A stretch of 64,000 nt of DNA from Theionarchaea archaeon (GTDB lineage Archaea; Methanobacteriota_B; Thermococci; Methanofastidiosales; SZ-28-30), in the NCBI GenBank assembly GCA_018992685.1, contig JACVGT010000021.1, positions 32,001-96,000 of the forward strand, in the 5' to 3' direction. Positions 9,505 through 18,452 of this stretch are shown one piece after another. The position numbers were made by a program, and so were the translations under genes. The notes below the pieces were generated by a model that saw only the letters and a list, made by a program, of their open reading frames with translations, ran no database searches and was not told the DNA's origin. Each line of letters opens with the position of its first letter. Positions within the stretch are counted from its first letter, which is position 1.

Positions 9505-10670
9505 TAGATTTCTATGAGCTGAGCTTCTTGATTCCATTGATACTTCTACACGCGAGAGAAAACTCGATAAGGGGAGGTTTGGGTCGTTTCCAGATTGCAA
9601 AGATCTCGGCGTGGCTTCTTGTGAATTCAGGAATTTGTTCACTTCAAGAAAGAGTTTTCATATATAAGTTCGGCCCATATATCTCCGGATTTGAGAATGC
9701 ACTAGCTGATTTGATAAGACGCAACATAATTGAAATCATAATTGATAGTGAGGGGCAAACAAGATTCTGTATCACGGAGGATGGAAAAAGATGGATAATG
9801 TCTCGTCTCAGGGATCAAGATTCTAGTGGGAGTGAGGTCAAAGCAGCAGAAATCGATCGAATACTATTCACTCCGCTTTCTGACCTGATAGTGGATCTTG
9901 TAGAAAAGTCTCCTTTCTTCAAACCAATTAAATATGTTATTGGGGATAAAGAACTGATTAGGATATTCGATTGGACTAATTTCGGAGATGGCAGAATTCA
10001 TTCATATCATTATACACTCTTGCGCTCATTTTACCGATTGGAGGATTACTTCGACAGAGAGCGTTATGAAGCCGAAACGAAAATGACTGAGAATGATACA
10101 GACTATCAATTGAGGATAATAGACAATTCCGCCATACCAAATACTATGCACTTGGAAGATCTCATCCAAAATTGCAAAGAAAAACATACAATACGCTACA
10201 TTTTCAACAAGGAGAATCCTAGGAGTGTTGCAGAAGACAAGTTTGAGGGGAAGAATTACATTGGACATCTCTGGTATGTGTATAGTGCTATTGACATCAT
10301 TCACACACTGGCCGGATTAGCTCCGACTATAGATGAGATTGCTAGAGTTTGTCTTACAAATTATGAATATTCCATAAAAAAAAGACATGATTATTCCAAG
10401 AGAAGGAAAATGAGAGAAGGGGCTATCCGCTCTGACATGCAGAAATTGGTTAAATATGGTATCCTGAATAGAGGGAAAGTAAATAGGATGTTCATCTACA
10501 GTATTAGAGCAAGAAGAATAGTTGACAGCTATACCTCACAGACCTACTCACTGTTGAATCCTGAGAAGATACGAAATCTATATGAAGAAGTAATTAGACC
10601 TTCCCCCGCAAATGCCGAAATAATCAAGCAGATAATTGCGGAAGGAACGGAAGCGGCAATGGAGGTTTGA
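9501..10670 (+). CDS. Protein with N- and C-terminal winged helix-turn-helix-like domains (YwgA-like N-terminus; island gene 2)
   Basis: YKFGPYIS..L..L...II..FCITEDG; C-terminal TIDEIA..IRSDMQKLVKYGIL..YSI. Confidence 0.6.
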   Translation: MIDFYELSFLIPLILLHARENSIRGGLGRFQIAKISAWLLVNSGICSLQERVFIYKFGPYISGFENALADLIRRNIIEIIIDSEGQTRFCITEDGKRWIMSRLRDQDSSGSEVKAAEIDRILFTPLSDLIVDLVEKSPFFKPIKYVIGDKELIRIFDWTNFGDGRIHSYHYTLLRSFYRLEDYFDRERYEAETKMTENDTDYQLRIIDNSAIPNTMHLEDLIQNCKEKHTIRYIFNKENPRSVAEDKFEGKNYIGHLWYVYSAIDIIHTLAGLAPTIDEIARVCLTNYEYSIKKRHDYSKRRKMREGAIRSDMQKLVKYGILNRGKVNRMFIYSIRARRIVDSYTSQTYSLLNPEKIRNLYEEVIRPSPANAEIIKQIIAEGTEAAMEV

Positions 10671-10674
10671 TTAG

Positions 10675-12393
10675 ATGAATGAAGAACTTGACGAGTTGTT
10701 GAAATGCTTCTCTCGAAAACGTGTGATAAATTATTATCGAAGAGAGAGGGAAGCACAAGAATCAACCGACGGAGAATCACTGGAGGATATTCAACAAACG
10801 GCAGAAGAAGTGGACATGAAACTCCTCGATGATTTCTTACATTTCATGCAAACTAGAAATATTAACAAACTTGATGATAGTCTCTCAAAAAGAATTGAAG
10901 AATTCAGAAATTTTCTCACAAGAATCGAAGAAGAAATAAAAATAGAAGTCTCTTCAGCTACTCCTGAACAGAACGAGTACTACCAAGAGCTTATTCGAAT
11001 GCTTGAGAAACAGAGGCATTCAGTGGAACTCGTGAAGCAGACTTTTGGATCCTTGGAACCATTTGAATTATCAGGAGCCCTTCTAGACTACTTCGAAATG
11101 CTCAAGGAATTTCAAGAAGCAAGCTTTAAATATCAGCAAAACTACAGAGATCATTTGATTCATTCTCTGCGGGTTTTCCTCTTGATTATCTCGATTCTCA
11201 ATGCAATGGGTGATATTTGGATTTGTATTCTGAGAAGATTCCTTTGTAAGAATCTGCGAAATCTGGGCATAAGGATTAGTAAGAAGCAGTTTGCTGAAGT
11301 TCTCAATCCGGAAGAACTCTGGGATTGTTCAATACAAGGAGTTTCAATAATGTCTTTTTTCCATGATATCGGGATGGTCTATTCCAGATATAGGGAAATG
11401 GTGGATGGCTTGGAAGAAAGGATTTTTGCGGATAGATCTCGCACCGGCATGGAGGGAGACAGATCGATATTTACCTATAAGCCAATTCTTCGCTTGAAAC
11501 ATGAAGCTGTAGGGGAAATAAAAGGAAGAATATCCATTTTCAGTGAAGCACTGGGAAAAATGCATCCAGAATACGAAGAACTTACTACAATCTTAAATCA
11601 CGTGTTCGGGAGCATTGAGAATTCCGAGAAAGAAACTGAAGAAGCGGAAAGTGAGTCTCCTGCGTCCAATGACAAGAAACTCCACGGAGTTTATGCTTTG
11701 CTGAATATTTATACCTATCAAGTCATAGAGAGGCGTTTTCTAGATAGTATTAGAGATCTCGAAAGAGAATCTAAGGAAGTAGAGAGATATAGAAGCTCTG
11801 CTTTCAGAGCATATAGGTCAAATCTAGAATCTGGGGCTAAGATTCCTCCGGATACCCTGCTTGACAACGAATCAAGGGGAAACATAAATAAACAGAAGGA
11901 AATCCTTCGGACGCTAATTCTTTGCGAGGTGTTCAATTGTATTCTGATCCATGATATGGATGGATTTCCATACATGTCTCCGCTTAGTGAGCTATTGATT
12001 TTTGCTGACAACGCTCAAGAATGGAATCGGATTGCATTCGAAGGAGGGTGCAAAAAGCAATATGAAAAAGATCAGATAGAAATCTGCATCAACAAGTGTG
12101 AAAAGGCATGTTTGTTAATTCTAGACTTCTATGAAAAGAAGATGTTTGAAGGATCAGAATCTCTGAATACGCTAATGGATATGTGTACGAAAAGATACAG
12201 TTGTGAGATTGAAGCAGGCGTGTTTGGTATCTTCTATCGCATAAAGGCTAGTGATTACGAAACAAGACGTCCTTCCCAGGCAGTCTTTGTTTGTCCACAT
12301 CTGGAGGTGGGCAAAGGAAGAATTCCACTAGAGGACACAGGAGACATCAGCCTAGACATGTTTTGTCAATATTGTCAATACACTGATAGGTGA
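10675..12393 (+). CDS. HD-superfamily phosphohydrolase with helical N-terminus and C-terminal Cys/His cluster (island gene 3)
   Basis: YRDHLIHSLRV, FHDIG, LHG, IHD and FADNAQEWNR; C-terminal CPH...CQYC; SD ggaggt. Confidence 0.75.
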   Translation: MNEELDELLKCFSRKRVINYYRREREAQESTDGESLEDIQQTAEEVDMKLLDDFLHFMQTRNINKLDDSLSKRIEEFRNFLTRIEEEIKIEVSSATPEQNEYYQELIRMLEKQRHSVELVKQTFGSLEPFELSGALLDYFEMLKEFQEASFKYQQNYRDHLIHSLRVFLLIISILNAMGDIWICILRRFLCKNLRNLGIRISKKQFAEVLNPEELWDCSIQGVSIMSFFHDIGMVYSRYREMVDGLEERIFADRSRTGMEGDRSIFTYKPILRLKHEAVGEIKGRISIFSEALGKMHPEYEELTTILNHVFGSIENSEKETEEAESESPASNDKKLHGVYALLNIYTYQVIERRFLDSIRDLERESKEVERYRSSAFRAYRSNLESGAKIPPDTLLDNESRGNINKQKEILRTLILCEVFNCILIHDMDGFPYMSPLSELLIFADNAQEWNRIAFEGGCKKQYEKDQIEICINKCEKACLLILDFYEKKMFEGSESLNTLMDMCTKRYSCEIEAGVFGIFYRIKASDYETRRPSQAVFVCPHLEVGKGRIPLEDTGDISLDMFCQYCQYTDR

Positions 12394-12397
12394 TTCT

Positions 12398-13606
12398 GTG
12401 ACAATGGAATTGAGAAGACCAAGTAAGATCCAGGAAAAAATCAATGAGGTCGAAAATGACTTGGCGTGTCTATTCTCTGAGATTGCAGAAAAAGAGAATC
12501 TCGACTTCGCGGAAATCGCCCTAATACCTTTGCCGAGAAGGGGGGCCGGTTTGCTGCCCGATATAAAGAGAATCGATGGCGAAAGAAGTAGCCTCATTAG
12601 CATCCTTGAAGAGTTCGGGTATCTTGAGGAATACCCTTTGTTCCCTCTATTTGAAAGGATTTCGGACTTCAGAATGATACTCATTTTTGATGACCTTTGT
12701 AGAAGAGGAACTCATTTTGCCGAATATGGAGAATATCTGCAGGAGCTTGATAAGATATTCGGGTTTATGAACGAGAAACGTATAGTCCTGGCGACTTATC
12801 TATTACACAAGAATAGATGGAATAGAGAAAAAAATCTCAAACAGGGAATTTACGCAAAAAAAATTCTCGATAAGGAGCCTTTTGATCGAGAAGTGTCAAA
12901 TATATTTTTGACAATAGCATGCAGAGGGGAAATCATCGATGCAGATCATGAACTTATTGAAGCTGAATTTTCAGAAAAGCAGGAGTTCTTTACACTGTGG
13001 AAGGAACTCGAAAAGATTGCAAAGGAGAATCACTGCGAACTTGTAGAAGACGGTATCGATTTTCTTCATCCAAAAAGAAAGAAACTGAGTTTTTTTGTTA
13101 GTGGTGATGAGGCATCGCTGGAGAAAAAAGAGGTTTTGGAAGAACATATGGATCTCAGATTTCCCAAGTTTATTGAAGGAATCAAAATTGCCAAATTTAG
13201 AATGGTTTTCGAGCTTGAATTGTCCGAAGATTGCAAAGGAGTCTTTACCACAAGACTTGAAGCAGTTCCAATTCTTAATCCGATTATTGACAACACTAAG
13301 TTCTCTCCCGAGCTTTGCCGTAAATATTGGAAACCCTACTGCGGGTTCTGTAAAGAAGGCGTAATCTCCGAGGAAGAGTGTAAGAAAAAACAGAAGCCAA
13401 GAATAGATTTCCTGAGGAAGTACTACCATAACCCTGGGTACGACTGCATGATTTGTAATCTTGTGGAGCCTTTTTCGAATCATTTCTGCAAAGAAATCGG
13501 AGACTTGTTTAAAGAGAGTGTTCTCAGGGGCGGGATAACCTTCAAGAGTAGATGGCTTCACCGTGACAGATTATTCGAATTCTGGAGAAAGCTGAAAGCT
13601 CCATAG
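12398..13606 (+). CDS. Type I phosphoribosyltransferase-like protein with Cys-rich C-terminus (island gene 4)
   Basis: IALIPLPRRGAG (PPi loop) and ILIFDDLCRRGTH (PRPP-binding loop); CGFC and CMIC; SD aggtgat. Confidence 0.65.
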   Translation: MTMELRRPSKIQEKINEVENDLACLFSEIAEKENLDFAEIALIPLPRRGAGLLPDIKRIDGERSSLISILEEFGYLEEYPLFPLFERISDFRMILIFDDLCRRGTHFAEYGEYLQELDKIFGFMNEKRIVLATYLLHKNRWNREKNLKQGIYAKKILDKEPFDREVSNIFLTIACRGEIIDADHELIEAEFSEKQEFFTLWKELEKIAKENHCELVEDGIDFLHPKRKKLSFFVSGDEASLEKKEVLEEHMDLRFPKFIEGIKIAKFRMVFELELSEDCKGVFTTRLEAVPILNPIIDNTKFSPELCRKYWKPYCGFCKEGVISEEECKKKQKPRIDFLRKYYHNPGYDCMICNLVEPFSNHFCKEIGDLFKESVLRGGITFKSRWLHRDRLFEFWRKLKAP

Positions 13607-13691
13607 CTTCGTGGATGGAAATGTAGAAACTCATTTCTTTTGGGCGTTGTTGAAGTTCTGTCGGTTTTGAGACAAGTAGAATTCCATAGTG

Positions 13692-14141
13692 CTAGCTTGA
13701 ATTGTCTAGACTATCAAAGAGTCTCACATTTTCTTGAGTATCCCCAGCTCTATAATTCAAATACACTTTCCCAAGGAATTTAGAAGCTTCACTTCTATTG
13801 TGAAATTCCCGGAAGAATTTCCCTTTCTTCTCGACCCATTTGGGCTTGACAAATCCGAAATCCAGCGAAATATCCAAAGCACGACCTATTCTTATTTCAT
13901 CTAATGTAAACCCATCAAAGTATTTGTCAAAATGCCTTTTGAATTTCTCGAATCTTCCTCTCAGACGATTGGTTACCATTAGGAAAGAGAACGTCTCGAA
14001 TTGAAGTGTTTCCAAGACTAAATAGAAAGATCTGCCTAATATGGATAGCCCGATTTCCTGATATGGTTTAAGGCTCTTCTCCACAACGATACATGGGAGT
14101 ACCTCCTCACTCCTTTGATCTATACGCTTCACTTTGACCAC
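13692..14141 (-). CDS. Hypothetical protein, possibly 5'-truncated
   Basis: 149-aa protein-like ORF convergent with the operon; its GTG start directly follows an in-frame TAG. Confidence 0.45.
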   Translation of the reverse strand: MVKVKRIDQRSEEVLPCIVVEKSLKPYQEIGLSILGRSFYLVLETLQFETFSFLMVTNRLRGRFEKFKRHFDKYFDGFTLDEIRIGRALDISLDFGFVKPKWVEKKGKFFREFHNRSEASKFLGKVYLNYRAGDTQENVRLFDSLDNSS

Positions 14142-14891
14142 CTAGCAATCATTTTTCCATACTCTTACGTTCTTTCTGTTTTTGTTTGAGTATGACACGT
14201 CAGTATTTCTGAAGCAATCAAGCTCCTGATCTGACTTCAGAGTTGAATGCAATATCATAGCGCAAATCTGACCTCTTTGAGAAGTCTGAAAGTCTCTATG
14301 ACCTGCCTATCATGAAACCTCAAATCCACTTTCTGAAATGTTTCGACGTGGCTATCGTTTCTCTTTTCTATCCATATAAAACTTTCGGTGAAAGCATCTC
14401 ATTCTGAATTTTTTACACAAATGCTTAATTTGTAAAAAAGTGAGAATTCTCTTGATATCCACGATATGAATAAATTTCAACGCATTTCTTTGCAGTGCAT
14501 GCAGTCGGAGAGGCTTACAGTATACTATACTGAAAAGAGAATTAGACAAGTGTTAGAAGCGCAGAATTCAACAGGTCACAGTATATACAGAATCCTCTGG
14601 AGAACCAGGTGATCTCTGCAGCTCTTAATCTGTTGAGTATGTAATCGGCAAAATCAAGACAATTTCCATGCTCTCTTGCACAAACAACCAGAGCAACTGC
14701 TTTCATGAGCGTTCTGTTAAAGGATATTAGAACACATTTCTATGAAGGCGGTGGATGTGCAAGACGTCCTTGCATAGATCTGCTGCACCTGGACAGCTAG
14801 TTGTTGATTTCGTGAAAGGGTTCCATATTTCTTCAAGTGTGAAGTCAGTATTAATTTCGTAATGAAAGGGAAATATGTCATGAAATTGTGA

Positions 14892-15197
14892 ATGGTCAGA
14901 AATGCCCATGATTCAGACATGGAAAAAGAAGAATCCGAGATATCAAATAAAGAAGTAGTTGAGATCATCAGATTACAAGTCTTTGACCCATCTACCAATG
15001 AAATAAAGAAGCTTTTCAAGGAGAAATATAACCTCTCTTAGAATACGGGGAACCTGTTTAGGAAAGGCGTTCTAGACAAAGCACTAAGACTGGCCAAACA
15101 TCATGCTGGCCACATAGCCAAGAAGAAAAACAAGGATGGGTATATAAAGTTATTTAATAAGAAATATGAAAGTATCACATTTTACAACATTTTTTAG
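14892..15197 (+). pseudogene. Decayed ORF with one internal TAG
   Basis: MVRNAHDSDMEKEESEISNKEVVEIIRLQ...KYNLS*(15039-15041)NTGNLFRKGVLDKALRLAK... stays in one frame. Confidence 0.35.
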
Positions 15198-15298
15198 CCT
15201 TTAAAGCCTTCTATAAGCGATCAGAGCTTTCTAGGAAAACTCCATGGCATTAAAATACATAAAAAAAAGGGAAAAAGGCTCAAAAACCTAAATCTGAG

Positions 15299-15372
15299 AG
15301 CCCCGGGAGGGATTTGAACCCTCGACCAACTGATTACAAGTCAGTCGCTCTACCGAGCTGAGCCACCGAGGC
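15299..15372 (-). tRNA. tRNA-Thr(TGT)
   Basis: GCCTCGG...ACTGA-CTTGTAA-TCAGT...GGTTCAAATCC...CCGGGGCT cloverleaf; TATA at 15396-15403; downstream T-run. Confidence 0.97.
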
Positions 15373-15434
15373 CTACAGCTTTCTCTTTACCCAGATTTAT
15401 AAACCTTTCTTTTTCGTTTCAGTGTCTCATCCCA

Positions 15435-16724
15435 TCAGAATTTCAGCACTTCCTGGTACCCCGTCAGGTCAAGCAGCCCATGGCCTGAAATATTGAACGC
15501 AATAACCTTTTCTTCATTCTTCTTCTTGCATTCCAGAGCCTCATCAATTGCACAACATATACTGTATGCCGACTCAGGCGCTGGCAGGAAGCCTTCCTTC
15601 TGGACGAATAATTGGGCCCTTTCAAAGACCATTTTTTCATCAGGTGGATACGCAATTGTATCGAGTAATCCTTCATGTCGCAGCAGACTCAGTATGGGAG
15701 AACATCCGTGATAGCGCAGCCCATCTCCTCGTATGGGCACCATCTTTGCCTGGTGACCAAGGGTGTACATTTTCAGCATGGGAGTCATTTCAGCATGGTC
15801 TGCAAAGTCGTACCGATACTCACCCTGCAGATTGGGAGCAGCCTGACTCTGAGCAGCTATAAACCTGATCTGCTTCTTCTTTGTCAATAAATCCTGGTAA
15901 AACGGGATGGCAAATCCACCAAAATTAGACCCACCTCCCAGACATGAAATCACAACATCCGGATAGTCATCGACTTTCTCAAACTGCTTCTTGGTTTCCA
16001 ATCCAATGATAGTCTGGTGCATCAACACGTGGTTCAACACAGATCCCAGAGAATATGCCACCGTATCACTTGAGGCCGCATCTTCCAGTCCTTCAGAGAT
16101 GGCAATCCCCAACGAACCCACATGTTCCGGGTCTTCCTTCAACAATTCTCTTCCAACTTTGGTCTTGTCACTGGGAGAAGCGAACACTTCAGCTCCCAAC
16201 ATCTTCATGAAACTCCGTCTCTCAGGTTTCCAGTTGTAGACTGCCCTCACCCAGTAGATCGTACATTCCAATCCAGCCAGACGAGACGCATACGCCAGAG
16301 CAGTTCCCCACTGTCCTGCTCCCGTCTCAGTCGTCAACCGTTCCAGTCCCTGTTTCTTGGCATAATATGCCTGTACCAGAGCAGTATTTACCTTGTGTGA
16401 TCCTGTAGGAGAGTAGAACTCCGCTTTGTAGTACATTCTGGCTGGAGTCTTCAAGTACTCTTCCAGCCGCCGGGCCCTGAACAACTGCCTGGGCCTGCCT
16501 GCCTGCTCATATAATTGCAGAACACCTTCAGGGATATCTATCCACCGTTCCTGGGACATCTCCTGCTTTAAACATTCACCTATCAATACTTTCTGCAGAA
16601 AATCCAGTCTGGATTCTCCTTCCTCGGGGTTCTTGGGAGGAGGTAGAGGTTGTGGTAAATCGGGAACAATATTGTACCATTTAGTGGGCAGTTCATCTGG
16701 AGAAAGAACAATTTCTGTATGCAT
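15435..16724 (-). CDS. trpB2: Tryptophan synthase beta-like PLP enzyme TrpB2
   Basis: PTGSHKVN, TETGAGQWG, SLGSVLNHV and GGGSNF; no trpA nearby. Confidence 0.93.
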   Translation of the reverse strand: MHTEIVLSPDELPTKWYNIVPDLPQPLPPPKNPEEGESRLDFLQKVLIGECLKQEMSQERWIDIPEGVLQLYEQAGRPRQLFRARRLEEYLKTPARMYYKAEFYSPTGSHKVNTALVQAYYAKKQGLERLTTETGAGQWGTALAYASRLAGLECTIYWVRAVYNWKPERRSFMKMLGAEVFASPSDKTKVGRELLKEDPEHVGSLGIAISEGLEDAASSDTVAYSLGSVLNHVLMHQTIIGLETKKQFEKVDDYPDVVISCLGGGSNFGGFAIPFYQDLLTKKKQIRFIAAQSQAAPNLQGEYRYDFADHAEMTPMLKMYTLGHQAKMVPIRGDGLRYHGCSPILSLLRHEGLLDTIAYPPDEKMVFERAQLFVQKEGFLPAPESAYSICCAIDEALECKKKNEEKVIAFNISGHGLLDLTGYQEVLKF

Positions 16725-16818
16725 GCTGTCACTTCCGAGAGGAGTTTAAAAGATTTACGTTTCCACCTGGTATGAATCGCATCACCACAGTCCCCGGCCA
16801 CGTACGAACTCTATACTT

Positions 16819-17658
16819 CTATTCAAATGCATTCACATCGAGTTCACAATAGGTAAAATTACCATCCTTTTCTCGTTTGATGATTCCTCTCTTCTCCATC
16901 CGTATCAGCAGTTTGGAAAGACTGGTCTTGGGGATGCTGCATGCTCGAGAAATCTTTATCTGCCGTGATCTCCCTCTCTCGTGCAAATACTCAACTACCT
17001 GTATCTCCCGTTCATTCAGGATAGAGAGAACTGCTTTGTTCAGGGGAGCTGCTTTGTATTTCTTTCTCTTGAGAAGGTTCCTGCTCATGTAGAGCACGAC
17101 TCCTGCTGCTCCCGCCAAACCTGGCACCACACCCCATGTCCAGGTTGCAGCAGGTTGGCCATCCAGCGACACTTCATAGTAAATATATACCTCATCAGAC
17201 AATTCGTCCCAGAAAAGGGTGATTTTCCTCTCCTCTTCAGAAATCTGCGGAAAGGGTGAGTCTGTCACCATGTAGGAGATTACAGCACCCTCCGGCATCA
17301 GCACTGTTACCCCTGCTTCATTGGGAGGCAAATACAGCCACCATTCAGCCCCCTCCTTATGGATTATATCCCAGCTATAATACTCGGGAAATACATATGC
17401 AGATTCTCCTTTCTGAAGAGATATATGCAGTGTAATCTGAGTTTCAGTTCCGAGCACAGTGAATTCGCTCTGGACTGTCCTATCAGAATAAACCTCCAGA
17501 TGGGTTATGGGAAAAGGTATGACATAGGAATAGGTGTCCATGTCCTCCTCAGCTGTAATGATCACCTCATGTGAGATTACGGCATACCCGGTCCCTGAAA
17601 CATCCACTGTGTACCCTGTGGTCTGCACCGCAAGGAGAAGAAGCAGGATGGTCCACAT
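16819..17658 (-). CDS. Membrane-anchored winged-helix transcription regulator (signal peptide, extracellular domain, TM helix, C-terminal HTH)
   Basis: Hydrophobic N-terminus, single TM, LNEREIQVV..Q..I..IPKTSLSKLL.RME.RGII. Confidence 0.8.
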   Translation of the reverse strand: MWTILLLLLAVQTTGYTVDVSGTGYAVISHEVIITAEEDMDTYSYVIPFPITHLEVYSDRTVQSEFTVLGTETQITLHISLQKGESAYVFPEYYSWDIIHKEGAEWWLYLPPNEAGVTVLMPEGAVISYMVTDSPFPQISEEERKITLFWDELSDEVYIYYEVSLDGQPAATWTWGVVPGLAGAAGVVLYMSRNLLKRKKYKAAPLNKAVLSILNEREIQVVEYLHERGRSRQIKISRACSIPKTSLSKLLIRMEKRGIIKREKDGNFTYCELDVNAFE

Positions 17659-17712
17659 ACAGGGGAATACTACTCCCCCTTTTTAACTGTTCCCACCTCG
17701 ACCCACACTGCG

Positions 17713-18336
17713 TCACCAGACTTTCGGCAGAAACATGCCCACCTCTTTCTGATATTTTCTGTATTTTTCCCCGAATTTCTGGATCAGTATCTTCTCTTCT
17801 GCTGTGGCAATGCCGTAGTACCCCGGGATGCCCACCAGCAACAGCAGGAGCGGCACACTGAGCAGTGCCAGTGGCAGTCCAATGAAAAACAGCCAGTAGG
17901 ACATGTAGAGTGGGTGTCTCATCACACCGTACGCTCCCCGGGTTGCGAGAGTGTAATCACTGGGCATGGGGCCAGAAGGTGCAATGACTCCTCTGGAAAC
18001 ACGTCCCCAGTCAGCCAGCACGACACCGCCCAGTATCACCAGGAGACCTGCCACCTGAATCACATCTTCGTGAGGATTCCTGAACAGGAGGAAGGTCAAC
18101 TCCTGGTAATACCATCCCCTGTATAACAGGAGGGGACTGATCAGAAACAGAGCCCAAAATACAAGGGAGGGGGGAAATGCCAGAGCTTTGGCCCATCCAG
18201 GAATGGGGAATTCACGGTCACGAGAAGACGAATTCCTTCTCGATCGAGCCATTCTCAAATCCATATATATATGAACTGAAAAAAACAACGCCACAAGCAA
18301 TGTCAGGACACCTGCCATCAAACTCTGATCAATCAT
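17713..18336 (-). CDS. Isoprenylcysteine carboxyl methyltransferase (ICMT/PEMT) family membrane protein
   Basis: L.TRGAYGVMRHPLY and EEKIL..KFG..Y..Y...V. Confidence 0.88.
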   Translation of the reverse strand: MIDQSLMAGVLTLLVALFFSVHIYMDLRMARSRRNSSSRDREFPIPGWAKALAFPPSLVFWALFLISPLLLYRGWYYQELTFLLFRNPHEDVIQVAGLLVILGGVVLADWGRVSRGVIAPSGPMPSDYTLATRGAYGVMRHPLYMSYWLFFIGLPLALLSVPLLLLLVGIPGYYGIATAEEKILIQKFGEKYRKYQKEVGMFLPKVW

Positions 18337-18452
18337 GTGAGCACATTCCCTGCACAGTAAAAAAGGTTATCCTACCCCTTACCTCCTCGATCCTTAAACA
18401 TCATCCCAAAAACTTTTATATTCTAAGATAATAGGATAGAAAGGTGTGTCAA

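Larger units (their letters stand above)
8560..15298. mobile_element. AT-rich genomic island remnant at the 3' side of tRNA-Thr (boundaries approximate)
   Basis: Visibly AT-richer than flanks, orphan genes, decayed ORFs, abuts tRNA 3' end; no integrase or att repeat seen. Confidence 0.55.

Noticed and set aside
14210-14270. Possible IS630 transposase remnant (APDL..ELNAI)
   Set aside because: Too short and too divergent from the YSPELNPIE motif; no terminal repeats seen
15039-15041. Pyrrolysine read-through of the in-frame TAG
   Set aside because: No pyl genes or methylamine methyltransferase context in the window; decay is the simpler explanation
17713-18336. ICMT-family gene as third step of a CAAX-like pathway with the M48 fusion
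   Set aside because: It lies 11 kb away on the other strand and the family is widespread, so there is no evidence of linkage
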